IMG/VR virus record: IMGVR_UViG_2909288124_000007
Location: 1-37,727 of that record
Reading direction: 5' to 3' (one strand)
Source of the DNA: a virus
Lineage: Duplodnaviria; Heunggongvirae; Uroviricota; Caudoviricetes
DNA length: 37,727 nucleotides
Shown: in pieces, positions 1-8,074 of the stretch
Position numbering within the stretch: the stretch's first letter is position 1
Layout of the letters: every line of letters begins with the position of its first letter
Notes under the pieces: model-generated
The model's input: the letters and a program-made list of their open reading frames with translations, nothing else
Databases searched by the model: none
What the model was told of the DNA's origin: nothing
Position numbers and translations under genes: made by a program

Positions 1-90
1 TTGCCTCCCCCCCGTTGATGGGTAAAATAGCCGCAATTTTTCGTTTTCAACAAGCGCGGCGCGATGCCGCTTACTCAAGAAGAAAGAATT

Positions 91-165
91 ATGACGTTGT
101 CTCCTTATTTGCAAGAGGTGGCGAAGCGCCGCACTTTTGCCATTATTTCTCACCCCAATAATTAA
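91..165 (+). pseudogene. prfC: 5' fragment of a peptide chain release factor 3 (prfC)-like gene: 22 native-looking codons, then divergent sequence and stop; host/prophage left junction
   Basis: Translation 91-156 is [22 protein letters not shown], which matches the RF3 N-terminus as I recall it (…AIISHPDAGKTT…); the frame then reads NN-stop (TAA 163-165) instead of the GTPase P-loop. An integrase gene follows. Confidence 0.7.
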
Positions 166-385
166 GCCCAAATTAAAGCTCTTTTACTCTTTCAAAATCC
201 TTTCAGTTAATTGAGATTGAGCTATATAACTCATTTAAATACATTTAGTTATGTGGCTTCTTTAATTGAAAATTCTTTCATGTAACTTTAAATCGATCTG
301 CTTGCTTTCATCAAAAATCTGTACATATGCTTGTACATAATGTACAAAGCAGCAGAGGTGTTTTGCGATTTGTACAAGGTGAGTA

Positions 386-1609
386 ATGGCGCTGTCTGAT
401 GCGTGGTTGCGTTCAGTCGTTGGAAAGGAACGTGATAAGGTTTTGGTTAAATCCGATCGTGATGGTCTGTCTGTCAGAGTATCACCGAAAGGTCGCGTAG
501 TGTTCCAATATCGTTATCAATGGGCAGGGAAAGGTGAGCGTCTTGATATCGGAACTTACCCAGCAACTGGATTAAAAGAGGCCAGAGAAGAAGTTATCCG
601 TCTCCGTGGTGAACTCGAGTCAAACCGTAATCCACGATTGGTCAAGCAGGCTGAAAAACGAAAAGCTACTGAAGCCATGACGGTAGAGTCTGTGATCCGT
701 GCCTGGTATGAAGCATATTGTGTAAAAAATAAAAAAGGCTCTGAACAGATACTCCGCTCGTTTGAGCTGCACCTGTTCTCTAAAATCGGGAATATCCCTC
801 ACGATGCAGCTACATTGCATGATTGGTTAGAAGTCCTGGAGCCTCTTAGCACTAAGACTCCAGCAATAGCAGACCGATTGCTAATTAACGCAAAGCAGGC
901 CCATGTCTGGGCGTATAAGAGAAAGCTCATTGAAACTCGCCCGCTGTCGGATATCACGGGTAAAGATATGGATATCCGTAAAGGTCAGAAGAAACGGTTT
1001 CTGACACATGATGAAATTAAAATCCTTTATGCTGCGATCGATGGTTCTCGAATGGTTCCTAAATACCGGGCCTTCATTAAACTATTGCTGCATTTTGGCT
1101 GCCGTAGTTCAGAGCTAATTACCGCCAGGGTGGACGATTTTGATTTCATTAATAAAGTATGGACTGTACCACCAGAACGACATAAGACTGGGGAGATAAC
1201 GGGCGAACCGCTAAAGCGGCCCATTATTGAACCGGTTGAAGAGCTTATAAAGTACGCTATTTCTATGAACAATGGTTCCGATATGCTTTTTACTAAGGAA
1301 GGAAGCAGGGAACCCGTTGGTCGGACATCATTGCAGTCGCTGCCTTACAATTTAATGCAGTATGCATGGCGGCGTTTGGGGTATCAATTCCCTCATTGGT
1401 CTCTGCATGATTTGAGGCGAACAGCACGAACAAACTTTTCTGATCTTACTGCGCCTCATATCGCAGAAATAATGCTCGGTCATAAACTGCCGGGGGTATG
1501 GCAAGTTTATGACAAGAGTGATTATTTAGAAGAACAGCGTAAAGCCTACCAGGCATGGTGGGAGAGAGTTGAATCGATTGTTACTTGTTCTGGTTCAGAC
1601 ACCAACTGA
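386..1609 (+). CDS. tyrosine recombinase / phage integrase with N-terminal arm-binding (P4-type) domain
   Basis: 407-aa ORF; N-terminus (LSDAWLRSV…GLSVRVSPKGRVVFQYRYQWAGKGERLDIGTYPATGLKEAREE) is typical of the DUF4102/arm-binding domain of P4-like integrases; C-terminus has an HxLRRT-like segment (WSLHDLRRTARTN) and a conserved Y region; sits next to the att junction. Confidence 0.9.
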   Translation: MALSDAWLRSVVGKERDKVLVKSDRDGLSVRVSPKGRVVFQYRYQWAGKGERLDIGTYPATGLKEAREEVIRLRGELESNRNPRLVKQAEKRKATEAMTVESVIRAWYEAYCVKNKKGSEQILRSFELHLFSKIGNIPHDAATLHDWLEVLEPLSTKTPAIADRLLINAKQAHVWAYKRKLIETRPLSDITGKDMDIRKGQKKRFLTHDEIKILYAAIDGSRMVPKYRAFIKLLLHFGCRSSELITARVDDFDFINKVWTVPPERHKTGEITGEPLKRPIIEPVEELIKYAISMNNGSDMLFTKEGSREPVGRTSLQSLPYNLMQYAWRRLGYQFPHWSLHDLRRTARTNFSDLTAPHIAEIMLGHKLPGVWQVYDKSDYLEEQRKAYQAWWERVESIVTCSGSDTN

Positions 1610-1781
1610 CAGTTTGCATATTTTGAACGCAATAAAATATGACAGTCCGCTTTGAGCGAGGAGCGGATATATGATGTTTAGAAAACGCGCGATTTGCAGT
1701 TAAGCAATCTAAGTTACTGATGTACTATACTGGAACTGCTGGCCAGTTTGTGTTGAACACCATCATTATCACAATAAGGAA

Positions 1782-3035
1782 ATGAAAGTTGAAATGAATA
1801 CTAAACTTTTGGCCTATTTAAACAATGAGTTACATGGAGTGTGGGTAGATAGTGAAAATCGTAATATCCACATAATACTTAAATCAAGCCTTCCTATAAT
1901 TAAATCCGTCTGGTCAGGAGCACCTATCCACTTTTTGGTAGGTTTATCTACTAAAAATATACTAGTGATTGGGATGTTGATTGAAGATAATGTCGATAAT
2001 CCATTTTTACTAGCCTATCCACCAAGAGAGGCAGATGAAATTAAAGGGCTGGATTTGTTATTGTCAGGCGCTTATGATGGTATTCTATTATCATTTTTTG
2101 ACTCGCATACAATGCGTGTTATGGACCTGAAAATAAAAGTTTCGGAAAATTTACCGTGTGAATGTTTAAAAAAATTTTGTGCTAATTCATATTCTCTCAA
2201 TTCAGGATTTAGGGAAGGTAATGAAGCAATGGATGAATTCTGCAACAATGCTTTGACTGGTAACGAGAAAATAATTAGTCTGCCACTAAGTGTAATCGAT
2301 AAAAAATCTTACCTAGCAAGTGTTCATGAACCAAACGATACCGTATTAACATATGAATTTAGCGTCAGTGAAAACGGCTCTGAGGGATATGAGCAGGAAG
2401 CTCTTATATACCATGCTTTGCGGCAGGTCTTTTCAACGGAGGAAGTGTTTTTTTCTCCAGATATTATTGAGGGTAATAAAAAAAGAGAACTAGTTGATAT
2501 TCTTATTGTAGAAAATGACTATGTATTATCTATACAGTCTAAAGCATCATCTTTGATTGAAATGGGTTTGAAATCTCATGAAAAGCTTTGTAGCATGTAT
2601 AAGAAAAAAGCATTGCAAGGGATCGATCAGGTTAAAGGCGTTATCCCAATTCTAAATAATGATGTGGTTATTAATTATGACGGGAGGGAATGCTTAATAA
2701 AGCGCAGAAAGGGTATTTATCATTTAGTGATAATCTCAGATCTTGTTTTAGAGAAAGAAGGTGCTGAAAAGATTTATAACGAAATTAGCAACCTTAAAGA
2801 GTCAAAAGGGGCGAAAGTTTTAGTTATGAGCCTTGAAGGTCTTGTAAATTTTATAAGACTATCAAGATTAAATAAAAGAATGTTTTGGGCAATGCTGGAG
2901 GCTAAATACAAGTTCAGCATAAAAAACCGTACAATTTTAATTAGAGATATCGACTCTAGCCAAGAGAATAATCTACCATTACTTGCCACTGATCAATACC
3001 TATCACTTCTTCGAGGTACGGGAAAATTAAAATAA
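1782..3035 (+). CDS. hypothetical AT-rich cargo protein (417 aa); candidate defence/abortive-infection effector with a possible PD-(D/E)xK-like core
   Basis: Long uninterrupted ORF with AGGA upstream (alternative start ATG 1794); base composition visibly far more AT-rich than flanking phage genes; lies between int and the xis-containing operon, convergent with the latter; no recognisable phage structural or regulatory motifs. Confidence 0.6.
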   Translation: MKVEMNTKLLAYLNNELHGVWVDSENRNIHIILKSSLPIIKSVWSGAPIHFLVGLSTKNILVIGMLIEDNVDNPFLLAYPPREADEIKGLDLLLSGAYDGILLSFFDSHTMRVMDLKIKVSENLPCECLKKFCANSYSLNSGFREGNEAMDEFCNNALTGNEKIISLPLSVIDKKSYLASVHEPNDTVLTYEFSVSENGSEGYEQEALIYHALRQVFSTEEVFFSPDIIEGNKKRELVDILIVENDYVLSIQSKASSLIEMGLKSHEKLCSMYKKKALQGIDQVKGVIPILNNDVVINYDGRECLIKRRKGIYHLVIISDLVLEKEGAEKIYNEISNLKESKGAKVLVMSLEGLVNFIRLSRLNKRMFWAMLEAKYKFSIKNRTILIRDIDSSQENNLPLLATDQYLSLLRGTGKLK

Positions 3036-3236
3036 ATTGTATCAATGATACTGTTGCCACGTATCGAGACTGGCTTATGAACGGAAGGGTTTTCCAGCAG
3101 TTCAGCGACCGGAGCTGCACATCGATGCCGGATTGTGCCTGCAATTATGTACTTGGCTAAGAGGTGCTGCTGGCTCTGGATAGAATAACCCTAACGTCCA
3201 AAGAGCGCGCATTTTCATGTAAAAAAATAAATAGCT

Positions 3237-3262
3237 TGTCTGCTCTTGATACAGAGCAGACA
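3237..3262 (-). terminator. candidate terminator hairpin closing the leftward early operon (between convergent cargo gene and xis)
   Basis: Perfect 9-bp inverted repeat tgtctgctc / gagcagaca with 8-nt loop; on the minus strand it is followed by a T-rich tract (plus-strand A-run 3221-3227) after a short spacer. Confidence 0.4.
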
Positions 3263-3320
3263 GTCAGATCTGTTTGGCTTGTGCCATAGATGTGCCAGCT
3301 CACATTTGAGCTAATGTTTG

Positions 3321-3515
3321 TTACTCAATTACTCCTGTAAACCTGTATATCTTACGTGATGCCCATTTATTTGGGCAGGATTTAATATCAGGATCTGGAA
3401 AATCAGGCCGATATTTCTGACCAGTCCTCCGGTTTACACTGTTCCAGCGAAGCACCGTCGATATTGAAACGCCACAGAATTCGGCGACTTGTTTTGTTGT
3501 CATTAAGTTGTTCAT
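3321..3515 (-). CDS. AlpA-family excisionase / small HTH transcriptional regulator
   Basis: Translation MNNLMTTKQVAEFCGVSISTVLRWNSVNRR… is the characteristic AlpA/Xis HTH; GGAGG 7 nt upstream of ATG at 3515; start overlaps stop of upstream gene (ATGA). The longer annotated ORF (to 3599) is an unsupported N-terminal extension. Confidence 0.75.
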   Translation of the reverse strand: MNNLMTTKQVAEFCGVSISTVLRWNSVNRRTGQKYRPDFPDPDIKSCPNKWASRKIYRFTGVIE

Positions 3516-3859
3516 TGTTGACCCTCCTGTGGTTGTGCAGTTGAAAGACTCATGCCAGCGCGTTGTTTCCAGACGACCCAGCCGAGAGCCATATCCCACG
3601 CCATGTACTCGTTATCACCGTTTTTTGCTCTCCGACGATCGACTGTTTTACCGAAACGCTTTTCCATAAATAATTCATAGGCTGCGCGTTCATCTGGCTC
3701 AACTTCCAGAGATGCCAGTGCAATCCGTGCCAGTTCTAAATCATCTTCAAGCTCAGCGCGAATCTCAGCGAATGCACTCTGTGTTAAGGCGAACTCAATG
3801 CTCTGCACTTTATTCCGTGCGCGCTCAAGTAGTGCATGGTAGTTAATTTCGGTTGTCAT
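3512..3859 (-). CDS. hypothetical phage early protein (115 aa)
   Basis: ORF with GAGG-containing RBS; ATGA start/stop overlaps with both neighbours indicate an operon. Confidence 0.55.
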   Translation of the reverse strand: MTTEINYHALLERARNKVQSIEFALTQSAFAEIRAELEDDLELARIALASLEVEPDERAAYELFMEKRFGKTVDRRRAKNGDNEYMAWDMALGWVVWKQRAGMSLSTAQPQEGQQ

Positions 3860-4734
3860 ACCCCTACCTCTTCGAATTTTAATTCCAATTGATCACCCCA
3901 GATTTCACATGACTCTGAACACGAGCCGGTATCGAATCGCCTGGCCTGTACCATCGCCTGATACAAATTTCTGTAGTCGCTGTTGGCAGACATTCTGGCA
4001 ATTCCGTCAAGCGTCAGGTGACCACGGTACATAACGTCTTTACCTGTTCTGCGATGACCATCCCTGACGTGTTTGCCTGTAACCAGCTCATTAAAAACTC
4101 GCATCAGACCAGGTTCGTCTTTACATGCAAGCCCCAGCTTTTGCGTTGACTTTTTGATGCAGAAAACACAGTTCCCGAGATGCTCCGGGATTTGCAAATC
4201 AAAAGGTTGTTTTCGCCACCACCGGATAACATCCGACTTATCAAAATCTGACAGTTCGGCAAGATACCGGATGCCCGATTTCGGTTTCAGCCTACGGGGT
4301 TCGTCTGCACGAATACCCAGCCATGTGATGTAATTACCTCGCCCGAAATGGTTATCGCAGTATTTCGTGAAAGGGATGAGTTTTAGCCTGTCAGTACAGA
4401 ACGCGCCACCGATGTATGGCGTGCCGTACTTTTTAACCATGTCCATAAACGGTTTAAGTACCGGCATTCGCGTCTGAATATCCTTTGGCTCCCATTCTGT
4501 ATAACCATTTGGCTGCCCAAGCTCAGGATTGATATCGACCTGCAACACAGTTAGTGGTATGCCCCAGAACTTCACAACCTCCCGAATAAAGCGGTATGTC
4601 AGCGGATGTTCGCAACCGGTATCCATAAAGATGTAGCAGACGTTATTGCCAGCCTTTCTTTGTTCTTCCATCAGGTGAACAAGATATGCGGATGTTCTCC
4701 CGCCAGAAAAACTAACTACATGAGTTATGCACAT
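3856..4734 (-). CDS. phosphoadenosine phosphosulfate (PAPS) reductase family / PP-loop protein
   Basis: PP-loop-like motif VVSFSGGRTS near the N-terminus (SGGxDS-type with Asp replaced by Thr). Start taken at ATG 4734 (MCITHVVSF…) because the longer ORF would overlap the upstream gene by about 120 nt; start uncertain. Confidence 0.65.
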   Translation of the reverse strand: MCITHVVSFSGGRTSAYLVHLMEEQRKAGNNVCYIFMDTGCEHPLTYRFIREVVKFWGIPLTVLQVDINPELGQPNGYTEWEPKDIQTRMPVLKPFMDMVKKYGTPYIGGAFCTDRLKLIPFTKYCDNHFGRGNYITWLGIRADEPRRLKPKSGIRYLAELSDFDKSDVIRWWRKQPFDLQIPEHLGNCVFCIKKSTQKLGLACKDEPGLMRVFNELVTGKHVRDGHRRTGKDVMYRGHLTLDGIARMSANSDYRNLYQAMVQARRFDTGSCSESCEIWGDQLELKFEEVGV

Positions 4735-5261
4735 TTGCGTAATTCCGATAACTCGTTGAAGCGTTCCATAAACATCCCGTAGGCATGGCCCGGTGCCAGT
4801 GGAATAACTTTGAACATCTCTGTTGCCGGGATACCTTCCAGTACAGGCCATAAAGAGCCATCATCAAGCCCGAGATCACGGCGTTCGGTTGCCAGCATGA
4901 TGAGATCGGCATATTTCACAGGCGTGCTCATAACCGGGGGCAACTCGTATTTCTCACGGATTACTGCATCTATTTTTTCTTCCATCCGTTTATAGTCAGG
5001 AAGAAGGCGTTTCAGTGGTGCGGGGATGTCCTGGCAATACGCTTCTGTTGCATCATGCATTAACGCTTCAAAAGCAAATTCCTGCGGCACCAGCTGGCTG
5101 CAAAGCACCGCATGTTGGGCGACGCTGTAGAAGTGAGAAAGATGACCGGCAAAGCGGCAGATATTTGAAAGGGAAACCGCGATATCGTTAATCACGATGT
5201 CGTCTTTATTTATCCTGTCATAATAAAAATGCTTCCCGGAAAAAGTTTTAATAAATGACAT
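4725..5261 (-). CDS. HD-domain phosphohydrolase (YfdR-like 5'-deoxynucleotidase family)
   Basis: H…HD-type metal-binding signature (…AQHAVLCSQ… / …LMHDATEAY…); GGAG 6 nt upstream of ATG at 5261 gives a 178-aa product; length and context resemble CPS-53 yfdR as I recall it. Confidence 0.7.
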   Translation of the reverse strand: MSFIKTFSGKHFYYDRINKDDIVINDIAVSLSNICRFAGHLSHFYSVAQHAVLCSQLVPQEFAFEALMHDATEAYCQDIPAPLKRLLPDYKRMEEKIDAVIREKYELPPVMSTPVKYADLIMLATERRDLGLDDGSLWPVLEGIPATEMFKVIPLAPGHAYGMFMERFNELSELRKCA

Positions 5262-5388
5262 TTTGTTCTCCACGTATATGCGCTGCACCGCGCTGAATTT
5301 GGGTAAAAGGAAGCCCTCACCATCCGGTGATTATTGAGTTAATTACGTTTCCATAAATGCCCCTGCAGGGGCATTTGCAGTAATGAAA

Positions 5389-6213
5389 TCAGGCGGTGAA
5401 AGTACCAATAAAGGTTTCTACTTTGCTGTCTTTGAATTTCTCAACAAGCAGATCACGAAATTCGTTAGCCATATCTTCCTGCACCGCTTCCAGCTGAATA
5501 ATGCGCAGAACCAGTACAGGACGATCGCCAGTGATAATGCTGAGGCGTAATTTAAACGGACGTTCTTTCAGACCTTCAAACGGAACGCATTTAAATTCAA
5601 ATGCCACTGGCATAATGTCTTTGGTCTTCGCTTCGACAGATTCCATCAGGGAGCGTTTGCCGCTGAAGTCATTATCTTCAAAATCAGCGGTCTGGTTTGC
5701 TTCAATCGTGATTTTACGGATTGCCGCAGCCGCTTTTGTTGCCTGAATGGCGTCACCATTAGCATCAAAGCCCACAAGGTAGTCGGCCCAGTCTTCAATC
5801 CATTCTGCCAGTGATTTCTGGGAGTTACGCTCGCCGTTAACAGACAACAGGGCAGAGAACGGTGCTGTCTTTTTCAGTTTGAGAGTGGCGGTGTTATCTG
5901 CGTGACCTGGTTCATCAATAGTACCCAGGTTAAGCACACTGACGGCACGCATATTATCAGCATCGATAAAGCAGCGGGTGCCTTCATCTGCAAGATCTTT
6001 AGAATAACGGGTAAAGTCATCGATGCTGGCAGTGGAAAGCGCACCACGGAAACGGAAGCGATTTAAATTAAATTTTTCCAGATCATGAATGCGGAAATTC
6101 TCAGGCAATGCCACAGCATCGGCACCAATCTTACTGATAATTTCATTAACACCCTGAGCAGAAATAAGGGCATGGATTTGATTAATTGCGGTTGCGTCTA
6201 AGTTCTGAGACAT
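5389..6213 (-). CDS. YfdQ-like protein (DUF2303-like), function unknown
   Basis: 274-aa ORF directly upstream of the HD gene in the same operon; size and neighbourhood match the yfdP-yfdQ-yfdR arrangement of E. coli prophage CPS-53 (from memory). Confidence 0.6.
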
Positions 6214-6278
6214 AATAAGTCCTCACTATATAAAGATATTCAGTGATGAGATAAATAATCAGTTAATTAAGAACGATA

Positions 6279-6641
6279 TTAATGACCTGCTGCGCGTAGT
6301 TTTCCGTCAGGTTCACCGGCAAGAGTCAGTAATTGTCCCTGGTCTTCCTGCAGAATAGTCAGGCGACCACCGCGATTGACATACATCGGCGTTTCGGTGG
6401 TGTCTTCTTCGGAAATTTTCCCGCGGTTAGTCGGGCGAACATATGAGAGTTTGTGTTTGATTTTTACACGGTTCTCATCAAACGGTTCGATTTCCAGGTT
6501 GAGCGAGACCTTACCTTTGGTTTTCGTGTTCATCACACCGGAAGCGACTTCACTGAGAACTGCGCCGATTTTGGTTTCAAATACGCCGCCGTCCAGCTCC
6601 CCGATAAATGCCTGCACATCAGTACTGCGTTCGCTAGCCAT
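6279..6641 (-). CDS. hypothetical early protein (120 aa; YfdP-like), first gene of the leftward operon
   Basis: GAGGAG-type RBS upstream of ATG at 6641 (MASERSTDVQAF…); the longer ORF to 6872 is an unlikely N-terminal extension into the leader. Confidence 0.55.
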   Translation of the reverse strand: MASERSTDVQAFIGELDGGVFETKIGAVLSEVASGVMNTKTKGKVSLNLEIEPFDENRVKIKHKLSYVRPTNRGKISEEDTTETPMYVNRGGRLTILQEDQGQLLTLAGEPDGKLRAAGH

Positions 6642-7227
6642 TTTGCTGCTCCTCATCATATCGACCCTGCAAGGTCGGTTGGTTTCTCCACAAAACAGAG
6701 AAGAACACCTGCGGTGGCATCCGCCCGGATGGATTGGGTTATGAGCCCGTCGTCCGGTGATGCTATTCTCTGTTTTGTAAAAAGAGCGGTACCAGCCGGA
6801 AGCAAGTGTACAAACTGGTACCGCCAAAGCAGTGGCTGTTGTGGTGGGCTTGTCACTCAGGCGTATGGTCAACCTGACAATCCGGTGTCCTCAACGGGGA
6901 AAGAGTAACCCCGCCATACTTACCGCCGCGCCATTTCGCGGATTACCACAACGCTGAGAGCACTTAGCCTGTTACGGCACCACACTTTGTCGCGGCTCCA
7001 TAAATGCTCTCATCGTTGCACCCTGGTCTCTTCCTAGGTGTCAAACCGAATCGCCACGCTGGTTAGGCGTCTTATCAGCATCATCATTGACTTGCACATT
7101 CCGGCTACCTGGTTTGTTTGCCCGAGCAAGGAGTGGATTGTCCCCTTTAACGTCACCAGACCGCTAACGACGCATGTGCCATACGCCGTGTTACAACCAA
7201 ATTTTGTTTTAATCTTGCCTGTGCCAT

Positions 7228-7262
7228 GTTTCTTTTAGATACATTATGTATCTCATAGGTAC
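7228..7262 (-). promoter_or_regulatory. leftward early promoter (pL-like) overlapping operator palindromes
   Basis: On the minus strand: TTGACA (plus 7255-7260), 16-nt spacer, CATAAT; the spacer/-10 overlaps palindromes ATGTATCtcataGGTACAT (7236-7254) and AGATACAttaTGTATCT (7228-7244). Confidence 0.55.
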
Positions 7263-7263
7263 A

Positions 7264-7286
7264 TTGTCAAGTATAAAAAAACCTGC
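7264..7286 (-). terminator. rho-independent terminator downstream of the repressor gene, immediately before pL
   Basis: Minus-strand hairpin ACCTGC-ttcg-GCAGGT followed by a 7-T run (plus-strand A-run 7264-7270). Confidence 0.6.
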
Positions 7287-7309
7287 CGAAGCAGGTTCAT
7301 AAATATTGA

Positions 7310-7984
7310 TTAGGCCTTTATTGTGTATCTTCTTGGTTTTCCCGAGAAAATCACTGTACCAATTATAGAGCAATTACCGTTAATCTTAATGTAAGGCTCA
7401 GGCCAGTTTGGGTTTAATGCTTTGAGATAACGCTGTGTTCCATCTTCTATCAACCGCTTGAAGGTGGTTTCGCCTGAATCGTGCATCAATGCAATAACGT
7501 CGTCACCGTGGCAGGCAGGGACTTCAGGATCTACAAAAATCATGTCTCCCGGGCGGTACTCATCAATCATTGAATCACCAATCACCCGCAAGATATAAGT
7601 CATTTCGCCACAGGGTACAGGGCAGGGATAAGTTTCTGCTGTGCTCAAATCAACCTCAGAATAGCCAACTTCTTTCCATGCTCCGGCCTGTACCCATGAT
7701 ATGACAGGGACTAACGTTATTTGTTTGTTAGTAATTGAAACATCAGGTTTTTTTGTGATGTTTGTTGTCTGGTGTTCTTGATCAAGCCATCCGACAGGCA
7801 GGTCGAAACATTTTTCGATGTGCCGTGCCATGCTGTCACCGATATTTTTAGTAGCACCATCTCCCATAAACCTGCTGGTCTGGGTTGGCTCGCGATCAAT
7901 CATGGTGGCAAAGGAAGAATTCCCGCCAACACCATCTCTCAGTTTTCTGGCGTTAGACCGCCGGATGTCATGGACTGTTTTCAT
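7310..7984 (-). CDS. cI-like repressor (N-terminal HTH, C-terminal S24 LexA-type peptidase domain)
   Basis: 224-aa ORF; C-terminal region (…VIGDSMIDEYRPGDMIFVDPE…) is typical of the S24 autoproteolytic domain; divergent from a cro-like gene with operators between them. Confidence 0.85.
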   Translation of the reverse strand: MKTVHDIRRSNARKLRDGVGGNSSFATMIDREPTQTSRFMGDGATKNIGDSMARHIEKCFDLPVGWLDQEHQTTNITKKPDVSITNKQITLVPVISWVQAGAWKEVGYSEVDLSTAETYPCPVPCGEMTYILRVIGDSMIDEYRPGDMIFVDPEVPACHGDDVIALMHDSGETTFKRLIEDGTQRYLKALNPNWPEPYIKINGNCSIIGTVIFSGKPRRYTIKA

Positions 7985-8000
7985 AACGAAATTAAAACCT

Positions 8001-8069
8001 TTGTACCGATAGGGTACAAGTATCTTGAAGGTTCATCTCAATCATGTAATATGTATATCGGAGGTACAT
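8001..8069. promoter_or_regulatory. rightward operator/promoter region (OR/PR-like) between repressor and cro
   Basis: Palindrome TTGTACCgatagGGTACAA (8001-8019) and related ATGTATAtcggaGGTACAT (8051-8069); candidate PR -35 TTGAAG (8025-8030) and -10 TAATAT (8047-8052). Confidence 0.6.
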
Positions 8070-8074
8070 ATTGT

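Noticed and set aside
1782-3035. Cargo protein as a Lit-like metalloprotease or HEPN toxin
   Set aside because: No HExxH zinc-binding motif is present; the literal string HEPN in …VHEPND… is coincidental, and the single R-x4-H pair is insufficient to call a HEPN domain.
3516-3599. N-terminal extension of the AlpA-like ORF (annotated start at 3599)
   Set aside because: The GGAGG RBS and ATGA coupling support the start at 3515; the extension overlaps the upstream gene and carries no HTH sequence.
6453-6908. 151-aa plus-strand ORF (and neighbouring 6376..6744, 6656..6856 ORFs)
   Set aside because: Lies antisense to, or within the untranslated leader of, the leftward early operon; low-complexity translation and no RBS. 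Treated as frame shadows.
7772-8074. Upstream part of the 167-aa plus-strand ORF containing cro
   Set aside because: This portion is antisense to the cI-like repressor gene and spans the operator region; the real cro starts at 8075 after a GGAGG RBS.
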